The notes beneath the pieces are model-generated. The model saw nothing but the letters and a program-made list of their open reading frames with translations. It did no database searches and was not told where the DNA came from. A program made the translations under genes and the position numbers. Shown piece after piece: positions 20,214 to 32,500 of a DNA stretch of 64,000 nt; position 1 is the stretch's first letter; the number at the start of each line of letters is the position of its first letter. This DNA is from the human T2T-CHM13v2.0 reference genome, Homo sapiens. The stretch lies in NCBI RefSeq assembly GCF_009914755.1, contig NC_060928.1; one strand, written 5' to 3'.

Positions 20214-22238
20214 TTTTAAATCACACTTAAACATACATAGGAATATGATGTTGGACAATGCGCTAATTGAAGTGAAGAGTTTAATGGACCTGATAGAGGG
20301 TAAGGACATGCCATACCTCAGTTGATTGCTTCTCGATTAGGACTCACATTGCTATCCCATTCTTCCTTTTGAGTATGACTTGAGTCTGTACAGTGCACTA
20401 CATAAATGATTTTCCATGGCTTTTTAAAAGGCGGTGCATATTAATATTTTAAACTGAAGTAATTGCTTCTTGCTCAGCAATGGGTTTCATTTATGAGTGT
20501 TTATCCTCAGCAAATGGAAAGTATGGTTAATCTAAGTTAAAAATGGGTTCTTTAAATAGCTCTAATTACATTCTGTTTATATTTGTATGTATTAGACACT
20601 TAAGATTTAATCGGTAGCAGTTCTAACAAGCCATAATGTTTATTAGCTGGTTTTAAATTATTGTTATGGATGGGACTGGAATGAGAAAATAAGTGATTTG
20701 CCTACTATCAAACACAGTAAATAAAAGATGGACCAATGCTTAAAAAAGGATTTTTAGCATAACTTCAAATTTTAATATAATTTATGAGAAAGAGGTCATA
20801 TTAGGTCAATTCTTTTTCTTTTTTCTTTATTTTTTAAACTCTAACAATAGAAAGAATGTGGTGTCTAATGGCATAAGATTAGTGGAATTTTTGTTTTCAA
20901 AAATTATTAAGATCCTAGTGTTCGAGTACTAGAAAAGAAGGGACTAAATTTTGCATTTTAATTCACATTTATTCAGAAGGAAAACTGACATGAGACATAA
21001 CATGTTGATTTTTTAATGAAAAAAATTGTTTTAAGTTGATATGATGCTAGCTTGTCTATTTAATTTGCTTAAACTCTATATTTTGATTAACCAGAAAAGA
21101 CTTTGTTGGATTCTGCTTCTTCCCTGAGAAATTTATCCAAGGACTTCCTCTAATCTTTGAAGAAAACTTCTGAATTACACATGGCTCACACATAGTGAAT
21201 TAGGAAACTCACAGTCATTTTATTGACATTTAATTTTCAACTTGTTTTATTGTAATTTTCAAGATATGCAAAATGAAGTATAATTCAAAAGACAGTTTAT
21301 TAATAATAACACCTGTATCTCTATGGAACTAAAAACATTTGTGATTGTTTTCAAAAGGCAATAGTATTCCCAGAAAAGAAGTCTGTAGAATTATTAGTGT
21401 CATTTTATAAATAAGGAAGATGAGACAAACATTACAACTTCTTTACAATGTGAAGAACGTAATCGTTTCATCTCCACCTTAAGCTCTGAGCTCTGTCCCT
21501 AGAGCTATAAGCCACCATAGCCTGCTAGGCTAGTTCTTCTTTTGCAGAAACTCTCATTCCTCTTTTGTTTTCTATTTCTGTTGCTACTTTCTAGAGGATG
21601 TCCTTGCTACCTTATGCCTGAAAATAAAGCCTTGCTAATTCAGTCTAGTCTCTCTCTGCCCAGCTACCGGGCATCACTATGGCACTTGTCCCCTTAAGCA
21701 CCCACAATCATGCCACTCTTCACTCTCAAAGCTGCCAAGAGGTGACCTCTCTCTATTGGATACAAGCCCACATGGCTCATCTCTGCATGCCGGGCACTCC
21801 TGGATCCTGTGCCTTTACCAGGCCTTCCAAACTTACCTCCCAGTGGTCTGCAAAACTCTCGAATCCCAGCCAAGCCTCATGTCCATCTCAGGGTTTCCCT
21901 CCTCTGCACCGATGCCTTTCCATTTTCTTGAAGCGCACTCTACCGACATCGGGCCTTATGGAAATCTCCCCTATTCTTGAAGCCTCAGACAAACCTCATT
22001 TCCATTATAGTCGCTTTCCAGATCTGGGTTCCGAATGCATTTGTTTTATATCATTCATCTGTCATGTATCCTATTTACCTCATAGCATAAATCTTCATAT
22101 CCTTGTTCATATCCAAGCTATGTAACTCTAGCTTGGCACATAATAGGTACTCCGTTCATATTTGTAAATAGATATTTATTACGGGATTAATGAATGTTGC
22201 TCAGTGCTGAGTGCTTTATTTTGCATAATTAAGAATCA

Positions 22239-22578
<340 letters not shown>

Positions 22579-22649
22579 TTAGTTAATTACTTTGTAGAAA
22601 TTGTGAGTCATCTCTTTCGCCTACCCTTCACACTCTTTCAATAACCATT

Positions 22650-23710
22650 TCTTTCTATTCATCATTTCCTGATTTTGTCCTATGTTGGTGCAAGATGTTG
22701 GTGCCAGCCATCTGGGGGTGAACAAGACAGTCTTTGTCACCATGAGTAATAGTCTTAGAGAATAGCAGGGAAGACAAACACAAACAATAATGGCAGTGAA
22801 ATGTGTTGAGCGTTATGGCTGAGATTGACAGGAAATTATGGAAACGAAGAGCAGAGGACCTATCTGGCTTAATCTAGGGGACAGGAAAGACCTCCCTGAG
22901 GAAGTGAGCTTTAAACCAAGACCCAAGGAAAGCCCAGGACTAAAACAAGCAGAAGGGGAGAGCAGCAGGCCCCTATAATTACCAAGGCCCCATGCTAGGC
23001 TCTAGGCGCAAAGGGGGAAAAGAAAACAATGTTTCCTGCCCCCCACGAAGCTTTCATAAATAATAAAACAATTTGCAATAAGCACTGTGAAGAAAGCAAG
23101 CAGTGTGTTGTTGTAAAGAGGTAACAAGTGGGGAGAATGCCATCTAATTACATACAGTGGCCAGAATAGAAATTTTTGAAGAGATGCCACCTAACCTGTG
23201 ATCTGCAGGATAAGAAGGAGGTGGCCCTGGGCAAAGCAGGTATGGGAGCATTCTAAGCGAAAGCACCAGCGTGTGCAAAGCTCTGACAGTGGAGAAAACT
23301 TGGACCATCCAGAGAAGAGAAGGAAGGCCAAGGTGGCTGCAAAGCTGTCAGTAGAGGAGGTAGCCTGAGATGGGATTAGCAAGGTGGCCTTCCCAGACTA
23401 TGGAGGGCCTCCTAGGCCAAGAGGAAGAGTTTGCTTTTGATGCTAAGTGCATTGAGAAACCATTAGTGGGCTTTAAACAGGAGAGAGGCATGACCCAGTT
23501 TATACTTTAAAGTACAACTTCTGCAAGAAGATGATTCCTAGCGAGGGAAGAAGAGGGGCAGGGCATCTAGGCTGATGGTAGCTTAGCCATCGTAGGAAGA
23601 GTGACGATTGAAGTGGGAGAATTCTACATCCATATGGGAAGGACATTGAACAGGACACATGCATTGGATGCAGGGGATGAACAAAAGAGGAATAAAGAAC
23701 ATGAGGACAG
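22650..23710 (-). mobile_element. Degraded LINE-2 fragments (probably two)
   Basis: GTGAACAAGACAG, CCTCCCTGAGGAAGTGA, GTGTGCAAAG, GGCTTTAAACAGGAGAG..CATGA: typical antisense L2 phrases. Confidence 0.55.
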
Positions 23711-24289
23711 ACGTGATCATGACTGCACGAAGGCCTTTTGCTAACTTCTTCCTTCTAAGCCTATTTCTTTGCCCCAGTGCTGCTTCACACCCTGGCACTA
23801 CTACAAAAGCTGAGAACTTTCTTGAATTCTTTACTATAAATTGAGTTCAGAAGACCTTAGAACAAGCTTGGAGGAAAAAATATGTGAACTCTGATGAATG
23901 CCAATGTGACTTTCAGTCTTGAACCTGGCTGCTCAGTTGCCCCAGTCATCTTTCTCCCAGAGTGGAAAGTTTTAAAAGTCTCTTCAAGCTGCCTCCATCC
24001 CCAGTGAAGAGACCATGACCCCACTTAAGATGTGATTTTCAGGTGAGCCTGAAGAGATGCCTCTGAATTAGCTCCTCCCTTTTCCATCCAAGGCTCTGTG
24101 GCCCTTCCTATATCACCAAGCCACTGAGGATAGCAGCTGGGCCACACAACAGTTTCACCCCTTGCCGATTCTCAGTTTTTATCATACCTTGGCTCTGGTT
24201 GTATGAATAAGTAATTTCAAGTAGATCTTAATGTGGAACTAAGCTAGTTTGATTTCATGCTTGCTGCTACATGTGGCTAAGCTTATATT

Positions 24290-24700
24290 CTAGACATTAT
24301 AACGTTTTATACCTAGAAGGAGCCTTAGCTGTCATGTTATCAGATGTCTTTATTATATAGATGAGAAAACCAAGATGTAGAAAGTTAAAGTCATTTGGGG
24401 CACGTCATAATACTCCAGAAAATCGTAACCTTTAGAAAGCTCTGTATTCTAATTCTAACCACATCTCTTACCAACTGTACTAATTAATTCATCTCTATAC
24501 CCTCCTTCAATTTTCTTATTTTAAAACAAAGACAATAATTCCTACTTTGCAGAATAGTCAAGGGGATCAGAGATAATACACAACAAGCATATGATATTTA
24601 CAAAACACTCAATAAATTGTCATTATTATATGTTCACTTTTCGTTGTCCACTGTTAAAGTGACAGTATCACTTAGTAGCCGATAAAGGCCTAAAACTCGT
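24290..24700. mobile_element. MIR fragments in both orientations
   Basis: TTATATAGATGAGAAAACCAAGATGTAGAAAGTTAAAG and ACAATAATTCCTACTTTGCAGAATAG...CTCAATAAAT resemble the MIR core. Confidence 0.5.
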
Positions 24701-26519
24701 ATTTCCAACCTAATGCTCCTTTTTATACACAGCATACAGCCTGATAGAAATTTTCATGAGTTCATGGACTCTTCCTCAGTCTATTTAGGAATAACAAACA
24801 AATGCATCCCCCACCTCGTGCCCATTTCGAGCCCTTTGAGAGTTTCTTGTGCCCTGGAGAATTAGGTACACAATTTGTAACTTTATTCAGCAGTGAAATG
24901 CCACTGTGGTCGCAAAAAAGCTAAAGCAATATTTCAACCCTAAGAACTAGGTCTGGCACCCAGAATAAAAGACTCTTTTAATAGGAAGAATAATCTATCA
25001 ATTTTGTGAAAGGGCTTTTGGAAAAGGCTCAAAGTCCTACTGCAATATAAAACATAAATGGTACATTGTCCTAGTTTTTTGCTGGAAATTGTACGTTAGC
25101 ACTAAAGAACAGAATTTCTTTTGCTTCAGTCTGCATTTTTAGAACATGCTATAAAGACAACTCTATTTTCTAGGGGTTAATAAGTAATGTAAGAAAAAAA
25201 AAGATGGCATGGATTAAATGAAGATAATAATTATAACAGTAATCTTGTGCACTTTTTCATACTTAAAGTATAAAAGAAAATTTGTTTCTACCCATGAAAG
25301 AAAAATCCTCTCCTTATTATTATTGTTCTATACACTTTCTAGAATTTTCTTATACTAAGATATGGTTATAATCCTAGTCCTGCAGGAAGGAAGGTATGTG
25401 TCTCTGTGTAAGAATGCCGGGAACTCGTTTCTGGTATCAGCCACTTGAGTGTGCTCTAGAATCGGCGTGTAGCCTGTCTGTTCACCAAAAAGGTGGTAGG
25501 ATTCCTAGGAAAAGCTCCTGGAGATTTCAGAGTGATGTCCTCCATGGGAAACAGGCCAGGAAGATATAAATAAGAACCGCAGAGAAAGAGCTGTGGCTGT
25601 GATCAGCCTGTCGGTGTTTCAGTACAGTCAGGCGTGCCTGTGAACCTTGGAGAGAGGGCAAAACGGTAAGATCGGAAACTTGTGCCCTAAAAGCAAAACA
25701 AAATTGTTTTCTGGACCTCTTCCGTGATCTGTTTATTTCTCCACTTCTTTCTCTTAGTTTTAAAAGCTCCAATCATCTCAGCTGAACTAAGGGGAAGAAT
25801 GTGTCTATTGTTGGACAGCTATATAAGGGGTTGGGGTGCGGGGCGCTCAGCACATGGCAGGGGCCAGGGTGAGTGGAGAATACCGCTTGATGAGAGAACC
25901 CCAAGGCGGAGAGGTGTCCGCTGCCTCCTCCAGGGTGAATCTTTTAGGGCCTTGGTTTTATTTTAGTCCTTTTATTAAAGCTAGTGTTCTTCAACAACCA
26001 CTATTTCATTTCATTGCTTTAAATTATATTCTAAATATTCATTTCTTTTGCCCTGGTCTCCATAATAAAGACTTTCAAAATATCGTGACAAGCAATTGAC
26101 TGAGTGGAGAAACACTGAAAGCTGGAGGAATTTAAGCAGAAATGCACGCTTTATGCACATGTTCTTTATGTTCTAGCTTAGATTCCTTCGGGATTTTTGC
26201 TGCACTATTTTGAAGCGAATCCATCAATAAAAAATAACAGTGATAATAATAACTTTGAAGTATGCTCAATGAAAATATAGCATCTCTGCATACACAAAGT
26301 GTCTTGTTTTTTATAATGTAAAGTTGGTCTGTCCCTTTAGAATATAAAATAAATAGTGCCAATCTCCCTTTTCTTCATGATCTGAACATTAAAATATTTT
26401 TTTACTTAGGAAATTTCAGCTTGCTTTACTAAAGGAATATTTCAAACATACAAGAAAATACAGATGTCCTCTAAACCAACTCATACAGTGTACACATATT
26501 TAGCTTCGCCAGAATCACT

Positions 26520-27250
26520 GATTCAATCAGTTATCTATTGAGTATTTACTACGCATTGAATCCTGCTCTACTGAAAAAAAAGTTCCAGTCCGGTGCAGTA
26601 CATATGCTGTTAGGAGAACACAGGTAATAAATAATAACCATAATAAATAAACTATATAACATAATAGAAAATAGTATGTGTTACAGAAAATTAAAGCAGG
26701 GTAAAGGGAATTGTGAATCTCATGGCAGGATATGGTGATAAGACTGCAATTTTATGATAGGGTGGACTCATTGAAAAGGTAAATTTGTGCAAAGACTCCA
26801 CAAAGGTGAAGTGAGCTAGGCAGATATCAGGAAACAGCACAAAGTCCCCGTGGTAGCCAGCCCTCAAGGTCAGTTTAGTGTGGCAGAGGAGTGACATGGC
26901 ATATCTCTTCTTCTGAAATTTCACTGGGGCTGCTGTGTTGGAAATAGGGTAGAATTAGAGAAGTCTATGAGGAGAGTATTACAGTCTCCCAGGCAACAGT
27001 TAATGGCATCTCAAAACAAAGAGGTATCAGTGTTTGTGTTGGCAAGTGGTTAGATTCTGGATATATTTTGAGGATAGACCCATCTGAATTTCCAGATGAA
27101 TTGAATACCGGGTGTGAGAAAGAGAAATCAATTATTTATTCATGGTTATCAGGCTGAATAACTGGAAAGATGGTGTAACCATTCCCCGAGCTTCAGAAGA
27201 CTGCGAGAATGGGAATGGGAGGTGGAATCAAAAATTTAGATGTTACAAAT
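26520..27250 (-). mobile_element. LINE-2 fragment
   Basis: ATTCAATCAGTTATCTATTGAGTATTTACTA ... GATTCTGGATATATTTTGAGGATAGA ... CTGAATAACTGGAAAGATGG. Confidence 0.65.
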
Positions 27251-30202
27251 AACTCTCAAAGGAGTTTGGAAATATTTACTCCTACTAGCCACGTATGAGA
27301 TCATGTGTATCCCTCCATCAGAGTTCACTTCTATAATCTGAAAACTCGTGTCTTTAAATTCAGAAATACCCACAGTCCTTATCACTCAATACCACCTCTT
27401 CCTCATTCTCTACTCTCTCTTTCCAGAACTTTTGTTTGATGTTTTTTTTTTTTTTATAGCTATTTGGCTCTATTTCATCTATTATTACTTTTTCATTTCA
27501 CTATGCTGCATTCTGGATGACTTCCTTAAATATCCCTTTTAAATTACAGTTCTTCCTACCTGTTGCCTGATCTGCTATTAAGCTCATTTGCTTTTTATTT
27601 CAATGACTATAATTTTCACTTATAAGGTTCTATTTGGTTTCTTAGATCCACCCATTCTTTTCTAGATGGGTGTGTTCTTTCTATCATTTGTTTTATCGCT
27701 TTAGTTATTTTAACTGAAGTTATTTTCTCATTTCTTTCTTAGCCTTACATTATGTCAATGACTTCAGATGCTAATTCATCTTTTCTTTTCATCTGATCAC
27801 TCCCTCTCACTTGTGAATGATTTGCTTTCATCATTTACAGTTTTGTTGTCGTTGCTGTGGGGTTCCCGAGGGTGAGGAATATCCCTTGTGCCTGGGTTAT
27901 GGACATGATTCTAGAGGTTTGGTTTTACCTTTTCTTTCCCTGCCAGCTCCAGTTGTTTCACAGGACTGACATGAGTGTCTCATGAATTGGAATGAGATTG
28001 TCCATATCATAAGTAAATATTTTAAGTTTGATCCCCACATCTGCATGTTGAAGAGGCTTGGAGTTAAAATTTCTCACAGGAGACGCTTCTATCAGAACAC
28101 CTAAAAAACAACAGGCTTCCCTGCCTCTCCCCTGGATAATGGACAAAAATTTCCACAAAAGAGGCAGCCCTTCCGGTGACCTGCTTTCGGCCGTGATCTT
28201 GGTTTCTGATGCCTTCCTGTGTGAGGACTCAGGCCGCCTCTTCTGGCCTGAAATGGACAGTCACTTCTTAATCTCTGCGTGCCAACTGGCACCAATTTGG
28301 TATTACCCAAAGGACTTTGGTATCAGTTGAAGATCTCTTTCTGTTTTTTTCACCTAGAAATTTCCTATTCTTTCTTTCCAGCATTGCTATGATGTTGGGC
28401 CTTTTTTTTTTTTTTTTTCAATTTTTCATTACCTTTTATCCAAAATTATCAGTTTGGAGTTAGAAGCGGTTAAATAAGATTTGTGCAGCCGGTGGTGATA
28501 TCTGATAATCTCTGTGACATATGAGGTCCTTCAGGCCTTCTAAGTGCCTAAAGGACCACTTACTTTCTAGACTGAAGAGAGGCCCAGAGTCCTGAGTGAG
28601 GGACCAGTGGGGTGGCTGTTTACCAACCAACACCCAAGACTTTCTTAGCCATCAGGGCAGCTATGTGGATGTGTATCAGCCAAATATCAGACTGCATATA
28701 GTGAGTTTTCTTTTCTTACTGCTCTCTGCACATAATTCATATTGTCATTTACAGCAATTAGATAAGGAGCTCAAAGGAAAAACACTACCCCGGGGATAAA
28801 AGACTGGGAAAAAATATTTGGCCATTAAATTATTCAAAGCAACATGAAACTATCTTAAAGTCTATTTAGATTGCTTTGTTTCATGAAATGAGGGAGAATG
28901 GAAAAAAATATTTTTAAATCTGAGAGTCAATTTCATGTCCTTACTCTGGTACAAAATAAAATACATATTGTAAAGGTACTTAGCATTATAGTTACTCACA
29001 TTTTAATTAGTTCCAGGTACTTCAACATTTAATCACAATTTAAAAATCATTATATTCATACCTTTGATAATAGGTTAATAATATTGACATTGGCACTTAT
29101 TTTCTAGAAATTATAAAGACAATCTTGGCATATTCAAAGAGGCACATAGATTATATCTGTAAGAATTGCCATTCAAATATTTTGGGAGTAAAACACCTTT
29201 TGAACAAACTTGTGTTTTATGTCTACAAATGTAATTTTAGGACAAAGGAAGGGTTTTGGTATGCAGGCTTTTCTACCTCCTGAAAGTGGTAGAGTCCCTG
29301 GATCCCGGGTAGATTGTAACAACCTGTGTATTTGAGCATAGAAGATTTATAGATTAATGTCAAGGTTCTCAGTGATGCCTAGAGTTAGGCATTATGTTTG
29401 CCTTGCCTTGGAAACTACTTAAAAAGACCTGAGCTGGGTAGTTTCTATGTGTCTATTATTTCCAGCCTTTAGCCAATCAGATTACAAGCAGGGGAGAGTA
29501 GAACAGGAGGTTGGGTTCATTCCGATATTTCCAAAATTTTGTCAAAAATTGTTTCTGACTCCAAAGATTATTCTTCCAGCATTAGTTGGTTAAGAAAATG
29601 CTTAGTAACAAAAATTTACTATTATTTCAGTGATTGTGGTGGATGAATGTTCATTTCCATGCCAATTCAATATATATTTGAAAAATAGTGGTGTATGCAA
29701 GCTGTTATTAATTAAATTCACTTATTTAATCTGTTTCTTTGATGCATAAACAGATTCTGGGAATTGCTTGTGACACCTCTTTGCCCGCCAGAATCTGGAG
29801 TTAAATGCTGAAAACTGTTGTTCCACAGACCGTAGAAGCAATTGAACACATATGCAATTATATGCAAAGGCTTTTGCATATAATTCAGCTGTAGTTCAGC
29901 TTCATCATAGCCTGATCAGCTGACACAGCAATCACCCCAATTATTCAATTTTTTGGTCTGACACGTTTCCGCAGGGCCCACAGCCTGTGATGTGGATGGG
30001 ATAACAATCATAGTAACTCAAATTATAGCTCTTTCTCTATCTCGCCACACAGAACCTCAACCTCCTATAAAATATCCTTAAATTTCTGAGAGACCCAAGC
30101 TGTGTGTCTCTCATGCTCACTAATAAACTTCATCCCACAGAACTGGTTTTGTCCAGTTCTGTCAGTTGTACAAGTCCTTTTTGTCTCTAGGCACCAGGAG
30201 CA

Positions 30203-30709
30203 GGTATTAGTCAGGATTCTCCAGAGAATAGAACCCAGTAGGATCTATAGGGATATATAAAGGGGACTTGTTATGAGAACTGGCTTGCTGGATTATGGAG
30301 GCTGAGAAGTTTCATGATCTGCCATCTGCCAGCTGGAGCCCCAGGAAAGCTGGTGGTGCAATCCCGTCTGAGTCTGAAGAGGGTGGGACACTGATATTAT
30401 AGTCTTGGGGGGGTCCCAAGTCCTGAGAACCTGGAGCTCTGATGTCCAAGGGAAGGAGAAGATGGATGTCCCAGCTCCAGAAGAGAGAATATTCACTCTT
30501 CCCCTGCTTTTGTGTTCTATGTTGGCCCTCAGCGAATGGGATGTTGAGCACCCACACTGGCGAGGGGGGATCCTTTTCACTCAGTCCCCTCCATTCAAAT
30601 GCCAACCTCTTCCAGAAACACCCTCACAGACATGCCCAGAAATAATGTTTCACCAGAGATCTGGGTATGCCTTGGCCTGCTCAAGTTAAGACATAAAATT
30701 ACCATCACA
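30203..30709 (-). mobile_element. ERVL solo LTR (MLT2B-like)
   Basis: GTATTAGTCAGGATTCTCCAGAGAA...TTATGGAGGCTGAGAAG...CAAGTTAAGACATAAAATTACCATCACA match recalled MLT2 termini. Confidence 0.85.
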
Positions 30710-31699
30710 GAGAGAGTATAGGCCTGTTCTTCGTTCTGCCCTCTTGACTAAAGCCATCATCCTGCCTGTGATGCCGGAGCCACCGTGCCCCTCTCCGACA
30801 TAGGGACAATGCCTGACTGCCCACTCTGGGCCACACCGTGCCTCTCTGTAACCTTTGTGTGAACAGCTGCTTGCCTTGCCGCCAACGGGCCACCCTCCTA
30901 AGTGTTTGCAGACAGAGCCTGGGTCCCCAGGCAGGACAGACACCATCCTGTCATTGCCACCACACCCCTGCAGCACCTGTGTACAAACGCCAGCCTCCCT
31001 CCTTCCTCTTCCACTTGAAACAGAAGCCTAATTGCAAAACTATTCCACGGAGCCCTCCACTTAAACTGCTCATTTATCTGTCAGGTGACTGAAACATGCT
31101 TGCCTCTCAGGGAAGACACTGTGGTTGATCTGATATTGCATACTGTGAAGAAAGTTTTCACATCTATTTGCCCACCACGACAACCTTAATGTGATGAAAT
31201 TAAAGGGAAACTACCACTTCACTTCCGGTTTGGGGAGGGAAGTAATTTTGAGAAAGGAAATGTGAATGGCTTGTTTCAACAGGGAAAGATAAGCAATGTA
31301 GGGCTTTGGAAAGATGTATAAACTACAGACGGCAGCAACTTAAAATTAGGGGTTAAGAATGGGCTGCTTAGCTAACCCCAAGAGGCAGTATATATTCCTA
31401 GAAACAAGGGTAAAACTGCCTGAGAATCATCAGAAGAGGCGAATTAAAATAGTAATTCAGAATAGAGTGGAGAACAGCACATAAGCAGGAGCGACTGCTG
31501 CTTTCATCCAAAGAGCAAGATGGCCGCTCGGAGCACGTGGGGACGTAGGAATGTTATCATGGTTGGAAAGATTGTTCTTTCCTCATTCACATTGTGAATT
31601 GGCCTAAGGCTATTTAACGGACAAGAGCCCCTGCTGTCCTCAATTTTAGTTCCGATTGCCTGCCCGAGACTTCTTCTGTACAACTTCCACCAGCAGGTA

Positions 31700-31768
31700 A
31701 CTTAGTCAATCTGCTTGTGTATGAGGTTGGGGCACCTCCAACCTCATATACAAGCAGGTTGACTAAGT
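31700..31768. repeat. Near-perfect inverted repeat (31-bp arms, 7-nt spacer)
   Basis: ACTTAGTCAATCTGCTTGTGTATGAGGTTGG (31700-31730) is the reverse complement of CCAACCTCATATACAAGCAGGTTGACTAAGT (31738-31768) at 29/31. Confidence 0.97.
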
Positions 31769-31869
31769 GGAGTCAAGCAGATCAATGAAACGAAGCAGTT
31801 AAAAGTCTGTTCTCATGTTGATAGAGCACTGACTTTTTATATTTCGTTAATTATCTACAAAATACATAA

Positions 31870-32500
31870 ATAATATCTGTAAAACATTTCCAGTACAACA
31901 AAACAGAAGTTTTCCTTGACTCTTTCCCAAAGGTAACGAGGGTAATCAATTTGACTGGTAAATATCAAGACATTTTTCCTATGCCTATGTATACACTCAC
32001 ACAAGCACACGTGCACATACACACACACCCACACAGTCTGGAAAAATATATATACACACATATTTTATTGTTCCTTTCTGTGTGTGATCATTTTAAACTT
32101 TACATATACAAATAGGTCCCTATTGTTCCATAACTTGGTCTCTTTTCCTATTTATCATAAAGATAATTCCATGTTGCACACTTTTGTTCTTCTTCATTAT
32201 TCAGTTTACGTGAATGTCACCGATTGAGGGAAAATTAGGTTGTTTTTATTTTTCACCATTATAAATGATGATGCAGTCTACACCCTCATACACACATGAA
32301 TATATCTCTAGAATATATTCCTGGAAGTAAATTACCAAGCCACAAGTGATATACATTTTAATATTTACCAGCTACTGCTCAGTTTTTCTCCAAAAGTCTA
32401 ACCAAGTTACACTGACATCAACTGTGTATGAAAGTACCCACATAAAAATACACCCTTGCCAAAAATAGATGTTATCTTTCTTTTTACCTTTTGGCAACAT
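31870..32500 (-). mobile_element. Old L1M 3' fragment
   Basis: AATTAGGTTGTTTTTATTTTTCACCATTATAAATGATG...TTCCTGGAAGTAAATT...CAACTGTGTATGAAAGTACCC resemble antisense old L1. Confidence 0.55.
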
